A stretch of DNA of 64,000 bases from Alphaproteobacteria bacterium (GCA_965232515.1 CBDDPY010000002.1:2208001-2272000), one strand, 5' to 3'; shown: positions 18,928 through 28,766, numbered from the stretch's first letter. Notes: generated by a model from the sequence alone, not told the origin. Program-made: numbers and translations.

Positions 18928-20091
18928 CTAGTAGGACTTCGGCAGGTCGAGGACCTTCTCGCCGATATAGTTCAAAATCATCTCGCGACTGACCGGCGCG
19001 ATGCGGGCGACGAAGCTTTCCCGCAAATACCGCTCGACGTGATACTCCTTGGCGTAGCCCATGCCGCCATGCGTCATCACCCCGCGCTCGCAGGCGCGGA
19101 AGCCGGCCTCACCGCCGAGATATTTGGCGGCGTTCGCCTCGGCCCCGCAGGGCTCGCCGGCGTCGTAGAGCGCCGCGGCCTTGAACACCATCAGGTTTGC
19201 CGCCTCCAGCTCGGCCCAACTCTCGGCCAGCGGATGCTGGATCGCCTGGTTCTGGCCGATCGGGCGGCCGAAAACCTCGCGCTCCCGCGCATAGGTCGTG
19301 GCCCGCTGCAGCGCTACCCGGCCCAGGCCCACCGCCTCGGCGCCGACCAGGATGCGCTCCGGGTTCAGGCCGTCGAGCAGGTAGTAGAAGCCGCGGCCCT
19401 CCTCGCCGATCAGGTTCTCTTTCGGTACCGGCAGGCCGTCGATGAAGACCGCGTTCGAGTCGACGGCCTTGCGACCCATCTTCTCGATCTCGCGCACCTC
19501 CACATAGTCACGGTCGAAGTCCGTGTAGAACAGCGAGATGCCCTGGGTCGGCTTCTCGACCTGGTCGCGCGGCGTCGTGCGGGCCAGCAGCAGGATCTTG
19601 TTGGCGGACTGCGCCGTCGAGGTCCAGAGCTTGCGGCCGTGCACGACCCAGCCATCGTTGCTGCGTTCCGCCCGGGTCTCGATCTGGGTCGTGTTGAGGC
19701 CGGCGTTGGGCTCAGTGACGCCAAAGCAGGTCCGGTCCTCGCCGGCGATCAAAGGCGGCAGGAAGCGGCGCTTCTGGTCGTCGGTGCCGTGCACGACGAT
19801 GGGATGCGGGCCGAACAGGTTGATGTGCACCGCCGAGGCGCCGCTGAAGCCGGCGCCGGATTCGGCGATGGTCTGCATCATAATGGCGGCCTCGGTGACG
19901 CCGAGGCCGGCGCCGCCATATTCCGGCGGCATGGCGATGCCCAGCCAGCCGGCCGCCGCCAGGTCGGCCGCGAAGTCGTCCGGAAAGCCGCCCTCGCGGT
20001 CCCGCTTCAGCCAGTAGTCGGCGTCGTATTTGGCGCAGAGCCGGGCGACGCTGTCACGGATCGCCTCCTGCTCCTCGGTCAGGCGAAACAC
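18928..20091 (-). CDS. Acyl-CoA dehydrogenase
   Basis: FGVTEPNAG, GLNPERIL, THGGMGYAKEYHVER; GTG start with RBS GGAGG. Confidence 0.93.
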   Translation of the reverse strand: MFRLTEEQEAIRDSVARLCAKYDADYWLKRDREGGFPDDFAADLAAAGWLGIAMPPEYGGAGLGVTEAAIMMQTIAESGAGFSGASAVHINLFGPHPIVVHGTDDQKRRFLPPLIAGEDRTCFGVTEPNAGLNTTQIETRAERSNDGWVVHGRKLWTSTAQSANKILLLARTTPRDQVEKPTQGISLFYTDFDRDYVEVREIEKMGRKAVDSNAVFIDGLPVPKENLIGEEGRGFYYLLDGLNPERILVGAEAVGLGRVALQRATTYAREREVFGRPIGQNQAIQHPLAESWAELEAANLMVFKAAALYDAGEPCGAEANAAKYLGGEAGFRACERGVMTHGGMGYAKEYHVERYLRESFVARIAPVSREMILNYIGEKVLDLPKSY

Positions 20092-20219
20092 GCCATTCTT
20101 CCTCCCAAAAAAGCAGGCGCGGTACCGACCGCGCCATGCCCGAGTCTAGAAGCAATTGCCGCCCCTGCCTAGCGCCGCCGAACGTTGACAGCGCCCACCG
20201 TATTCGCTTGGCTGCGCCC

Positions 20220-20687
20220 ATGACGACACCCGCCGCAGAAACCCTGACCCAGGCCGGCATCGATTTCGAGATGGTGCGGTTCGATCCATCGCTCGACGCC
20301 AAGGCGGCGGCCGCCGCCATCGGCCTGCCCTTGGACGCGATCTGCAAGACGCTCGCCTGCGTGTCGATGCCGCAGGTCGTGCTGGCGGTGCTCCCGACCC
20401 CGGCCCGGCTCGATCTCGATAAGCTGAAGGCGCTGACCGGGGAACCGCGCACGGCCATGATCGCAGCAGCGGCAATGAGCCGCATGACCGGCATGCAGCC
20501 CGGCGCCGTAACCCCGATCCCCGCCCCCGGCGGACGGCGCTTCGAGGTCTATCTCGACTGGTCGGTCATGGCCCACGAGACCGTCGGCATCGGCGGCGGC
20601 ACGGCCGGCGTCGAGCTGCTGCTCAGCCCCCGGGACTTGCAGGCCGCCACCCATGGCCAGATCGCCGACCTGATCGCGGAATCGTAA
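20220..20687 (+). CDS. YbaK/EbsC (aminoacyl-tRNA deacylase) family protein
   Basis: AICKTL, TGMQPGAVTP, VGIGGG motifs. Confidence 0.8.
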   Translation: MTTPAAETLTQAGIDFEMVRFDPSLDAKAAAAAIGLPLDAICKTLACVSMPQVVLAVLPTPARLDLDKLKALTGEPRTAMIAAAAMSRMTGMQPGAVTPIPAPGGRRFEVYLDWSVMAHETVGIGGGTAGVELLLSPRDLQAATHGQIADLIAES

Positions 20688-20792
20688 AAGCGGTTCGATT
20701 TCAGGCGCTTAGGCTGGAAATGCCTGCGGGTTCGGCGAGAATCATGCCCGCCGCGGTGCAGCGGCGGGCATGGTCCATCGGATCGCCGGCGA

Positions 20793-22550
20793 TCAGTCGT
20801 CGGTGCGGTCAGTCACGGCCTTACCGGCATCGCTCTCGAGTGCGCCGGCAAGGCCATGGATATCGCCGCCCTCGAGGCCGATCTCCTTCAGCATGGCGTC
20901 GAGCAGCGGTGCCTGCGTGCGGTATTTCAAGGCAGAGTTCACGACCTGGTCGGCGAGATTACCATTTCCGGCATGCGGCTCGCCGCCGTTGGCGCCACTG
21001 TTACCGCCGCCGAGGCCATCAACCTGAATGATCTTGATGCCGTCGATATTCTCGATCGGTTTTACGCTCTCGGCGATGATCTCAGGCAAGGCCTCGATCA
21101 GCCGCATCTTTACCTGCATGGCGATCTGATCGACCGACAGTAGGTTGGCAGCCTCATTCACGGCGCGCTTGCCCTCGGCTTCGACAGCGTAGCGGACCTG
21201 CTCAGCCTCGGCCCGAAGCTTCTCGGCTTCGGCTTCGCCCTGTGCCGTGATCCGGCTCTTTGTCGCGTCGGCTTCGGCCGAAACGCGTAAGGCATCGGCC
21301 TTGTCGACGGCCGCCTGCTTCTCGGCCTCGGCCGCCACGGTCAGGGCGATCGCGTCCATCTCAGCCGCCTTCTGCGCTTCGATCAGCTCGATCGCCTTCT
21401 CACGGTCGGCGCGCTCGGTATCACGCGCAGTCACCACGAGCTCGGCCGCGCGCGCGGCGACAGCCCGCGCTTCGTCGGCCACAGCATCGGCTTCCGACTT
21501 GTCACGCGACTTGCCAGCGACGGCGATATCGCGATCCTGTTCGGCCAGCCTGATCTGCTTGGCCTTCTCGACGGCCACTGCTTCGACCGCTTGCTCCTTC
21601 AGGATTTCTTTTTCGCGCACCTGTTGGTCCATGGCGATCTGGCGCTCGGCCACGACCTGCCCGGAGGCAATGCCGGCCTCCTTCACGCTCTGCTCGGCGG
21701 CGATCTTCGCTTCCTCGGATTCACGCTCGCGATCCGCGCGCTCCCGGGCGATCACGGCCGACTGCTCGGCCTGCCGCACGGCGACCTCGCGCTCCTGTTC
21801 AAGTCGGGCATACTCCTGGTCTCGCGAAATCTGCAGCTTCTCCTGCTCCGCTTCCAGATCCTTTCGCCGAATCAACACCTCGGTTTCACGCTCGATATCG
21901 TTGCGCTTCTTGCGGCGCTCCTCGATCTCCTGCGTCAGTTTGGTGAGACCCTCGGCGTCGAAGGCGTTGTCGGGATTGAAGAAGTCCTTATTGGTCTGGT
22001 CGAGCCCTGTCAGCGACACCGACTCCAGTTCCAGGCCGTTCTTCAGGATGTCTTCCGAAACCGCGGCCTGGACCTTCTGCACGAAGGACACGCGCTGCTC
22101 GTGCAGTTCCTCCATCGCCATCTCGGCCGCGACAGCGCGCAGCGCGTCGACGAACTTGCCCTCGACCAGTTCCTTCAAGCCCTCCGGATGCATCGTGCGC
22201 TGGCCCAGCGTCTGGGCGGCGTTGGCGATGGCTTCGGAGGTCGGCTGGACGCGGACATAGAACTCGGCCTGCACGTCAACCCGCATGCGGTCCCTGGTGA
22301 TCAAAGCCTGTTCGTTGGCGCGCTTCACCTCGAGCCGAAGCGTATTCATGTTGACCGGGATGATCTCATGCAGCACGGGAAAAGACAAAGCGCCGCCGTT
22401 CATGATCACCTTCTGGCCGCCGAAACCCGTTCGTACGAACGACACTTCCTTCGACGATCGTCGGTAGAGCCGCGCGAAGATCAGGCCAATCGCCAACAAG
22501 GCGACAAAGATGAGGCCGATAAGAAACAGGATTGCTGCGATGTCATACAT
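20793..22550 (-). CDS. Flotillin/SPFH family protein (YqiK-like)
   Basis: N-terminal TM, FVRTGFGGQKV, NGLELESVSLT, AEA coiled coil, KPIENIDGIKII. Confidence 0.92.
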   Translation of the reverse strand: MYDIAAILFLIGLIFVALLAIGLIFARLYRRSSKEVSFVRTGFGGQKVIMNGGALSFPVLHEIIPVNMNTLRLEVKRANEQALITRDRMRVDVQAEFYVRVQPTSEAIANAAQTLGQRTMHPEGLKELVEGKFVDALRAVAAEMAMEELHEQRVSFVQKVQAAVSEDILKNGLELESVSLTGLDQTNKDFFNPDNAFDAEGLTKLTQEIEERRKKRNDIERETEVLIRRKDLEAEQEKLQISRDQEYARLEQEREVAVRQAEQSAVIARERADRERESEEAKIAAEQSVKEAGIASGQVVAERQIAMDQQVREKEILKEQAVEAVAVEKAKQIRLAEQDRDIAVAGKSRDKSEADAVADEARAVAARAAELVVTARDTERADREKAIELIEAQKAAEMDAIALTVAAEAEKQAAVDKADALRVSAEADATKSRITAQGEAEAEKLRAEAEQVRYAVEAEGKRAVNEAANLLSVDQIAMQVKMRLIEALPEIIAESVKPIENIDGIKIIQVDGLGGGNSGANGGEPHAGNGNLADQVVNSALKYRTQAPLLDAMLKEIGLEGGDIHGLAGALESDAGKAVTDRTDD

Positions 22551-22589
22551 GAGTTGGCACCCCTTTTCCCAAGTTCCGAATACAGGCCC

Positions 22590-23303
22590 TCATTTTTTCG
22601 AAAGCGCGGCATTAGTGTTTTCGATAGCCCGGAACGCGCTTCCCATCTGGCTGACCAGCAAGACCTCGGCCCCGGTTGGCAGCACGTCATCGTCATGATC
22701 CGGCTCGACCAGGACGTAGTGGGTCTGGCCATGCTGATCCTGAAACTTGGCCTCCGCCGGTAAACCACGTCGGGCCTCGCCACGGATGATCACGGCAACC
22801 TTGCCGACAAAGCTGTCGCGCGAAACGGCCTCGGTCTCTTCCTTCGGAATGATCCGTGACAGGCCGAGCCCGATATAGCGCGTCGATGGAACGCCAACCG
22901 CGATCGCCGGCAGAACGGCGATCCAGGCCGGCAGATATGCGCCGACGACGCCATGGACAACGCTCTGCAAGACCAGACCAGAGATGCCGAATGCCGTCAG
23001 AAACGCAATCAGCAGCACCAGGGCTGGCACCCGGCCGAAACAGATCCAAGTCAAGAGCTGGGTCAGCAGGCCGGGTCCGGCGCCCGCAGCGACGCCCGGC
23101 GCATCGAGATCCGGCGCGTGGAGATCGATATCGGCGTCGACGTCAACATCGGGCACATCCAGGTCCGGCAATACCGAGTCGACGAGTCCGGACACGGCGA
23201 TACCGAACAACGCACCGACGCCCTCGACCAATGCGATCAACAGCATCAGTCCGATGGCGACCGCGAACGGCGCGGTCTGTTCGGCGAGCAGGTGCGCGAT
23301 CAT
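22590..23303 (-). CDS. YqiJ/NfeD-like membrane protein with C-terminal OB fold
   Basis: TM segments, acidic linker, GRVPALV, PAEAKFQDQHGQTHYVLVEP. Confidence 0.85.
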   Translation of the reverse strand: MIAHLLAEQTAPFAVAIGLMLLIALVEGVGALFGIAVSGLVDSVLPDLDVPDVDVDADIDLHAPDLDAPGVAAGAGPGLLTQLLTWICFGRVPALVLLIAFLTAFGISGLVLQSVVHGVVGAYLPAWIAVLPAIAVGVPSTRYIGLGLSRIIPKEETEAVSRDSFVGKVAVIIRGEARRGLPAEAKFQDQHGQTHYVLVEPDHDDDVLPTGAEVLLVSQMGSAFRAIENTNAALSKK

Positions 23304-23995
23304 CCGGCCTCTTGCGTCTGTGTCGCCTTGATCGCCGCCAGGCGTTCGCGCACCCGGTTCTCTCGGGCCAACCTTTCAAGCTCAGCGACTTTCGCGGCCG
23401 TTTCCCGGTCGGCGCCACCGGCGGCCGGCAATCCAGCGGCATCGCGCATCACCCGGTTGAAGGCACCCTCGGCCTTGCGGGCCGATCGTTCGGCATCCGC
23501 CGTCGCAGATGCACCTGGCGGATTGCCGGGGTCACCCGGCGAAGCCGACGAACGGCTCGACTGGAATGCTGCCAGCTCCTCGTCCATCTCCCGGCGGCGG
23601 GCCTGGAGAGCGGCGATATAGCTTTCAAGCTCTTTCGCTTCCGCGGCCGCATCCTTGATCGCGGTTTCGAGAACCGGGATCTGGGCTTCCAGGTCGAACT
23701 GCTTTGCAATCGCGGCCTCGGCCAGATCGTCGCGGTTCTCGACGACGGCAAGCTGTATCTTCTCGGTCAGGTCCTCGTGTTTTGCATTGGTCTCCATGAG
23801 GCGCTTGCTGGCGAGATGCTTGTTGGCGACGACCTTGCCCAGCTCGTCACGGATCTGGTCGGTGGCGGAATCGATCTCGCGGATCGCTTCCTTCATCACC
23901 GTCTCCGGCGAGGCGTTCTCTACGGCGTCGACGAGGCTGTTGACGCCGCCCGATACCAGGCGTTTCACACGGGAAACAAGATTCTCACTCATCAC
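23300..23995 (-). CDS. PspA/IM30 family protein
   Basis: VDAVENASPETVMKEAIRE, NRDDLAEAAI, coiled coil, RERLAAIKA. Confidence 0.85.
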   Translation of the reverse strand: MMSENLVSRVKRLVSGGVNSLVDAVENASPETVMKEAIREIDSATDQIRDELGKVVANKHLASKRLMETNAKHEDLTEKIQLAVVENRDDLAEAAIAKQFDLEAQIPVLETAIKDAAAEAKELESYIAALQARRREMDEELAAFQSSRSSASPGDPGNPPGASATADAERSARKAEGAFNRVMRDAAGLPAAGGADRETAAKVAELERLARENRVRERLAAIKATQTQEAG

Positions 23996-24510
23996 GCACC
24001 TCCATGGCTCTTATCGCGGGCAATCTTCAAGAGCTCGACGATCTCCAAAACCGGCGACAGTCGATGCTTGATCAGGTCGGGGTCATAGCTGCGGCTGCGG
24101 CTGGTCAGGCCTAGATCGAGGATCTCCTCGATAACCGCAAAGACCTGGTCGGCCAGCGCCGCCTCGAAGCGTTTCAATCCGTCGACCCCTTCGTCGGCTG
24201 CCGGTGCCACAGCGATAAGTTCGGCCATGATCTCAGGCATGCGTTCGTAGAGCTTGAACACGAAGTCCGATCGTTGGCCGACCTGCCGTTGCGCGTCTCG
24301 CAAGCGACGTTCGGCGGGACGCAGCATGTCCTCAATCAATTCGGCGCAGTCGGTGACATCGCGTGCACCGAGATGACGCTGCCGCGCCGCGGCCAGGATG
24401 GCGCGCAACTTCTCGCTTGGGGTGGTTGCTCCGGGAGCTTCGAAGGCCGCGAGGAACGCCGCATCGTCATCGCTAACGCGAACGCTGAGTGGCACACTTC
24501 TAGAAGGCAT
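23992..24510 (-). CDS. Hypothetical protein with possible N-terminal ribbon-helix-helix
   Basis: SVPLSVRVSDDDAAFL...TPSEKLRAIL; ATGA-coupled to the PspA gene. Confidence 0.6.
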   Translation of the reverse strand: MPSRSVPLSVRVSDDDAAFLAAFEAPGATTPSEKLRAILAAARQRHLGARDVTDCAELIEDMLRPAERRLRDAQRQVGQRSDFVFKLYERMPEIMAELIAVAPAADEGVDGLKRFEAALADQVFAVIEEILDLGLTSRSRSYDPDLIKHRLSPVLEIVELLKIARDKSHGGA

Positions 24511-24547
24511 TGGTCCATCGATGTTGCATGCATATGTCATTGTTAGT

Positions 24548-24581
24548 ATACAAATGTATGCACTCTATCTCGAGTTTTCAA
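24548..24581 (-). promoter_or_regulatory. sigma70-like promoter TTGAAA-N17-TACATT with overlapping palindrome ATACA-AA-TGTAT
   Basis: -35 at 24581-24576, -10 at 24558-24553, palindrome 24548-24559. Confidence 0.55.
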
Positions 24582-24889
24582 GATACAACCAGTGAAAATT
24601 GAACATTCCGAACTCAAACGGCAGATTTTTCAATTTATGAGAAAAATCTACCTGGGATGCCGCCAAATCGCCTGTATCGACAAGCTCCAGATCAAATTTA
24701 GATTGTAGCAGCTGGCGCAATCAATGCTGTTGCGCGGATGGCATCCGCGGGATCTGGCGAGATGCCGGGACGACAGATCGATCAGCCATTCGAAACCGTG
24801 TAGAACGCACTGCCAGCACGTCATTTTAATGTGATGTTCATGTTGGCGGCAGTTACCGGGTGGTGGAAAAGGTTTAGGTTTAAAGCATC

Positions 24890-26488
24890 ATGTTTCGCCT
24901 GAAGCTTGCAGTCGTTTTGGCGGCCCATCTGCTGATCGTGCTGAGCTTGGCCGCCGCCGTTTTATGGGGCAGCGGCGAAGGCAATCACTATGTCGACCGG
25001 TTACGGCTCGCGCACGGCAACCTGAAAGAATACCTGGCGCTGATGCAGCAGACGCAGCGTCATTTTCAGCGCTTGCGCGACCAGGTGGTCTATGGCCGGA
25101 CCGCCGAGGAATTCGATGCCGCCGCCTCGCGCAGAGAGCTCGACGCGACATTGCAGATGCTGCTGGCCGACACGCAACGCGAGGTCGACCTGGTCGAGCG
25201 CGGCGAGGCGCTGGCCGAGGAGATCGCCGAGCTGAAGCGCCTGGACGCGATCGGTCGGGAGATCGACGCGGCCGACAAACAATTCGCGACCGCCGCCGAA
25301 CTTGTCGCCGCCGGCCGGGTCGACGACGCCCGCACGCTTGTCACCGAGGTCCTGGAGACCAGCATCGTGGGGCGTCTGGAGGCGATGATCGGCGAGGCGA
25401 CCCAGATCGAAGCGGAAGAAGTCGACGAGGCCGTGGAAGAGGCCAACGAAGTGCTCCTGCGGATGTCGAACATCGCACAGATCGCCGCGTTTGCCGCGGC
25501 GATCCTGATCCTGGGCGGCGCGTTCGTCCTGGTGGTCCGGTTGCGACGGCCGATCGACCGCCTGATCGACGGAACCGAGAAATTGTCTTCGGGTGCGCTT
25601 GCGAACCGCATCGATCTGCCCGGCGACGACGAGTTCGCTCGTGTCGCCGCGGGCATCAACAAGATGGCGGCGGAGATCGAGCGCCAGCAGCACGATTTGC
25701 TGGAAGCCCAGTCGGCGCTGGAAAAGAAGGTCGAGGAGCGGACCCAGGCCCTCAGGCGCGCCAACGCCGCCCTGCGCGAGACGGCGAAGAGCCGCCAGCG
25801 CTTCCTGGCCGACATCAGCCACGAGCTGCGCACGCCGCTGACCGTAATTCGCGGCGAAGCCGAGGTGACGCTGCGCGGGAAATCGCGTTCGGAGCAGGAC
25901 TATGAAACGTCCCTGACGCGGATCGTCGAGCAGGCGGGCGTGTTGGGCAAGCTGGTCGACGATCTGCTGATGATGGCCCGAACGCAGGCCGGCGCGCCGC
26001 GGTTGACGCTGACGGCGGTCTCCCTGCCCTCGCTGTTGACGCAGATCACCAAGTCGGTCAGCAATCTGTGTGATCAGCAGGGAGTCGAAATCGCCTTGCT
26101 GCAACCGAGCGACGGGCCTGTCGTCACGGGCGATCGGCGCCGGCTGCAACAGCTCTTCTATATCTTGATCGACAACGCCTTGCGCTATTCCAAGCCCGGC
26201 GACAGGATCGGCGTCAACGTGGTCGAAGACGGCGATATGGCGAAAGTGCTGGTCACCGACAGCGGCGTCGGCATCGACGACAGCGAGCTGCCGCACATAT
26301 TCGAGCGTTTCTATCGCGGCGAACACGCCCAAGACATCTTCCCCGAGGGCTCGGGCCTGGGACTGCCCATGGCGAAATCGATCGTCGACGCCCACGGCGG
26401 CGAGATCTCGATCGATAGCCGGCCGGGAAGTGGCACCACGGTCTGCGTTAACCTGCCTGCCGTGGTCCGAGCGCGTGCCAGCGCCTGA
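24890..26488 (+). CDS. HAMP-containing sensor histidine kinase
   Basis: Two TM helices, HAMP, ADISHELRTPL, IDNALRYS, DSGVGI, GSGLGL. Confidence 0.95.
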   Translation: MFRLKLAVVLAAHLLIVLSLAAAVLWGSGEGNHYVDRLRLAHGNLKEYLALMQQTQRHFQRLRDQVVYGRTAEEFDAAASRRELDATLQMLLADTQREVDLVERGEALAEEIAELKRLDAIGREIDAADKQFATAAELVAAGRVDDARTLVTEVLETSIVGRLEAMIGEATQIEAEEVDEAVEEANEVLLRMSNIAQIAAFAAAILILGGAFVLVVRLRRPIDRLIDGTEKLSSGALANRIDLPGDDEFARVAAGINKMAAEIERQQHDLLEAQSALEKKVEERTQALRRANAALRETAKSRQRFLADISHELRTPLTVIRGEAEVTLRGKSRSEQDYETSLTRIVEQAGVLGKLVDDLLMMARTQAGAPRLTLTAVSLPSLLTQITKSVSNLCDQQGVEIALLQPSDGPVVTGDRRRLQQLFYILIDNALRYSKPGDRIGVNVVEDGDMAKVLVTDSGVGIDDSELPHIFERFYRGEHAQDIFPEGSGLGLPMAKSIVDAHGGEISIDSRPGSGTTVCVNLPAVVRARASA

Positions 26489-26751
26489 GCGACAGGCGAG
26501 AGCCCCTGACTTTTGGTTAACGCCACTCGGCGACGGCGCGCAGATGCCGACCGCGCCGCGCCCGTCCCTCTCGAGTTTCACGCGGACATTTGTCTGCCCG
26601 CGCCAAGACTGCGGCAGCTTCGTTAATCAACAAAAAGCCACAAAACAAAAATTTTTTTACCCACCGACGGAAGAAACACTCCCCCCCTCCGTTCTCATCA
26701 CGGCAACACCGGATACCGGGCCACGGGGCCCAGGCTTGAAGGGTTAACGCC

Positions 26752-27486
26752 ATGTCAAGTGAAGGGAGCGTCGGGGTGAATATCCTGCTGGTCGAAGACG
26801 ACGAACGCATCATCGAATTCGTGGCGCGCGGCCTACGAGCCGAGGGGCACACCGTCGAGGTGGCACGCACCGGACCGCATGGCCTGGACCTGGGCCGGAT
26901 GCCGCATTTCGACATCATCATTCTCGACCTGATGCTTCCGGGCCTGCACGGTCACGATGTCTGCCAACAGATCCGCGCCGCACGCGTGACAACGCCCATC
27001 ATCATGCTGACGGCCATGGATCGGCTCGACGACAAGATCGAAGGACTGCGTCTCGGCGCCGACGACTACCTGACCAAGCCCTTTGCCTTCGGCGAACTGC
27101 TGGCGCGGATCGAGGCGCTGATGCGGCGGCGCGACCGGTTCAAGAGCCCATCGTCGAACCTGCAGATCGCCGACCTGACCTTCGACCGCGAGACCCTGGA
27201 AGTCCGCCGCGGCGACCGGGCGATCGAACTGACCGCCAAGGAGCTGGCGCTGCTGGAGCTGATGATGAGCTCTGCCGGCAAGGTGCTGAGCCGCACGCGG
27301 ATACTGGAAACCATCTGGGGCTATTCCTCGGATCCGCTGACCAATGTCGTCGATGTCTATATTCGGCGACTGCGGCTGAAGGTCGACCAGGGCCACGACA
27401 CGCCATTGATCAAGACGGTCCGCGGCATCGGCTACAAGCTGGAAGCCGTCGAACCGCAGCCGCCGGACCCGGTCGACGAAGGCTGA
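26752..27486 (+). CDS. OmpR/PhoB family response regulator
   Basis: ILLVEDD, ILDLMLP, GADDYLTKPF, VDVYIRRLR, TVRGIGY. Confidence 0.95.
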   Translation: MSSEGSVGVNILLVEDDERIIEFVARGLRAEGHTVEVARTGPHGLDLGRMPHFDIIILDLMLPGLHGHDVCQQIRAARVTTPIIMLTAMDRLDDKIEGLRLGADDYLTKPFAFGELLARIEALMRRRDRFKSPSSNLQIADLTFDRETLEVRRGDRAIELTAKELALLELMMSSAGKVLSRTRILETIWGYSSDPLTNVVDVYIRRLRLKVDQGHDTPLIKTVRGIGYKLEAVEPQPPDPVDEG

Positions 27487-27514
27487 CATCGGCCCGGCCA
27501 CAGCCCGGTCACAA

Positions 27515-27580
27515 CTCTCATCTTCTGTTCATCAACTTTTAAGTCGCCGTTCATTCGGCCGTCAGGACTGCCTCATGTTC
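27515..27580 (+). promoter_or_regulatory. Six 11-bp-phased direct repeats (OmpR/PhoB-type binding array)
   Basis: CTCTCATCTTC/TGTTCATCAAC/TTTTAAGTCGC/CGTTCATTCGG/CCGTCAGGACT/GCCTCATGTTC. Confidence 0.55.
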
Positions 27581-27682
27581 GATCACCAACCTAAAGACTG
27601 TCAGCGCAACGACACGACGAGGATCGCCAAAGTGGCGCGCAGTCATTCCACCCAGTCTCGCCCGACCAAAGGAGTACAGGAC

Positions 27683-28735
27683 ATGACCACCATCGCTTTC
27701 GACCGCAGCCGTCTCGATCGGATCAAGACGGCGTTCACGACGCGACGCGTGCCGCGGGACGATATGCAGACCATCATCCCCGAAATCGCCGACGTTCAGC
27801 CGGGCGACCTGGTGCTGGCGAGGGTGAAGAATATCGGCCACCACAAGGGCCTGCAGTTACGCACCGGTCGGCGCGCCGACCTCTATACCGACGAAGAGAT
27901 CATCCTGTGCTTCGGCAACCGCTATGCCCCGGATCAGTTCGAGGCCACGCTGGACGGCATCGACGGCACCTGCCATCTGGCCGCCGCCGGCGGCGTCGCC
28001 AGCCTGGTGCAGTGCCGGCACGCGCGGACCAAAAAGCCGACCGAGCTGAAGCTGATCGGCCTGGTCGGCGACGCCGCGGGCAAGCCGTTGAACATCAAGA
28101 GCTACGCGCTGCCGCCCGTTCACTATGCCTGCGACGTGCCGCTGATCGTTGTCCTGGGCACCTCGATGAACGCCGGCAAGACAACGACCATGGCCAACCT
28201 GGTGCGCGGCCTGGCCGCGGGCGGCATCAAGGTCGGCGCCGCCAAGATCACCGGCACCGGCGCCTTCGCCGACGTCATGGCCTATACCGACGCCGGCGCC
28301 TGCGAGGTGCTGGACTTCACCGACGCCGGCCATGTCTCGACCTACCGGCTGGAGCTGGACGAGATCGAGCGGGTGATGAACACGCTGACGGGTCATCTGC
28401 GGCATGCCGGCGCCGAGGCCATCGTGGTCGAGATCGCCGATGGCATCTTCCAACGCGAGACCGCGATGCTGATGCAGTCGCGCATGTTCCGCGATGTCGC
28501 CGACGGCGTCATCTTCGCCGCGTCCGATGCGGTCAGCGCGGTGGGCGGCGTCAATCACCTGCGCCAGCTCAGCCTGCCGGTGCTGGCGGTCAGCGGCGTC
28601 ATCACACAATCCCCCCTGGGCTGCCGCGAGGCCGCCGAGGCGGCGCAGGTCGAGGTGATCCCGACCTTCGACCTGGCCAAGCCCGACGTCGCCCGCGTCT
28701 TCGCCTTCCCGGCGCCGTTCCTGAAGTCGGCCTGA
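27683..28735 (+). CDS. DUF1611-like P-loop NTPase
   Basis: GTSMNAGKTT Walker A, AAKITGTG, VVEIADGIFQRET; RBS AAGGAG upstream of ATG 27683. Confidence 0.7.
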   Translation: MTTIAFDRSRLDRIKTAFTTRRVPRDDMQTIIPEIADVQPGDLVLARVKNIGHHKGLQLRTGRRADLYTDEEIILCFGNRYAPDQFEATLDGIDGTCHLAAAGGVASLVQCRHARTKKPTELKLIGLVGDAAGKPLNIKSYALPPVHYACDVPLIVVLGTSMNAGKTTTMANLVRGLAAGGIKVGAAKITGTGAFADVMAYTDAGACEVLDFTDAGHVSTYRLELDEIERVMNTLTGHLRHAGAEAIVVEIADGIFQRETAMLMQSRMFRDVADGVIFAASDAVSAVGGVNHLRQLSLPVLAVSGVITQSPLGCREAAEAAQVEVIPTFDLAKPDVARVFAFPAPFLKSA

Positions 28736-28766
28736 AAGCGGGCGGCGCAAGAAGGAGACGCGTGAC

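Noticed and set aside
20185-20222. TTGACA upstream of the YbaK gene, suggesting a leaderless transcript
   Set aside because: The -10 position reads TTGGCT, too weak to support a call
21200-21900. Repetitive GCCTCGGC/CTCGGC runs inside the flotillin gene
   Set aside because: Explained by the Ala-Glu-Ala coiled-coil coding sequence
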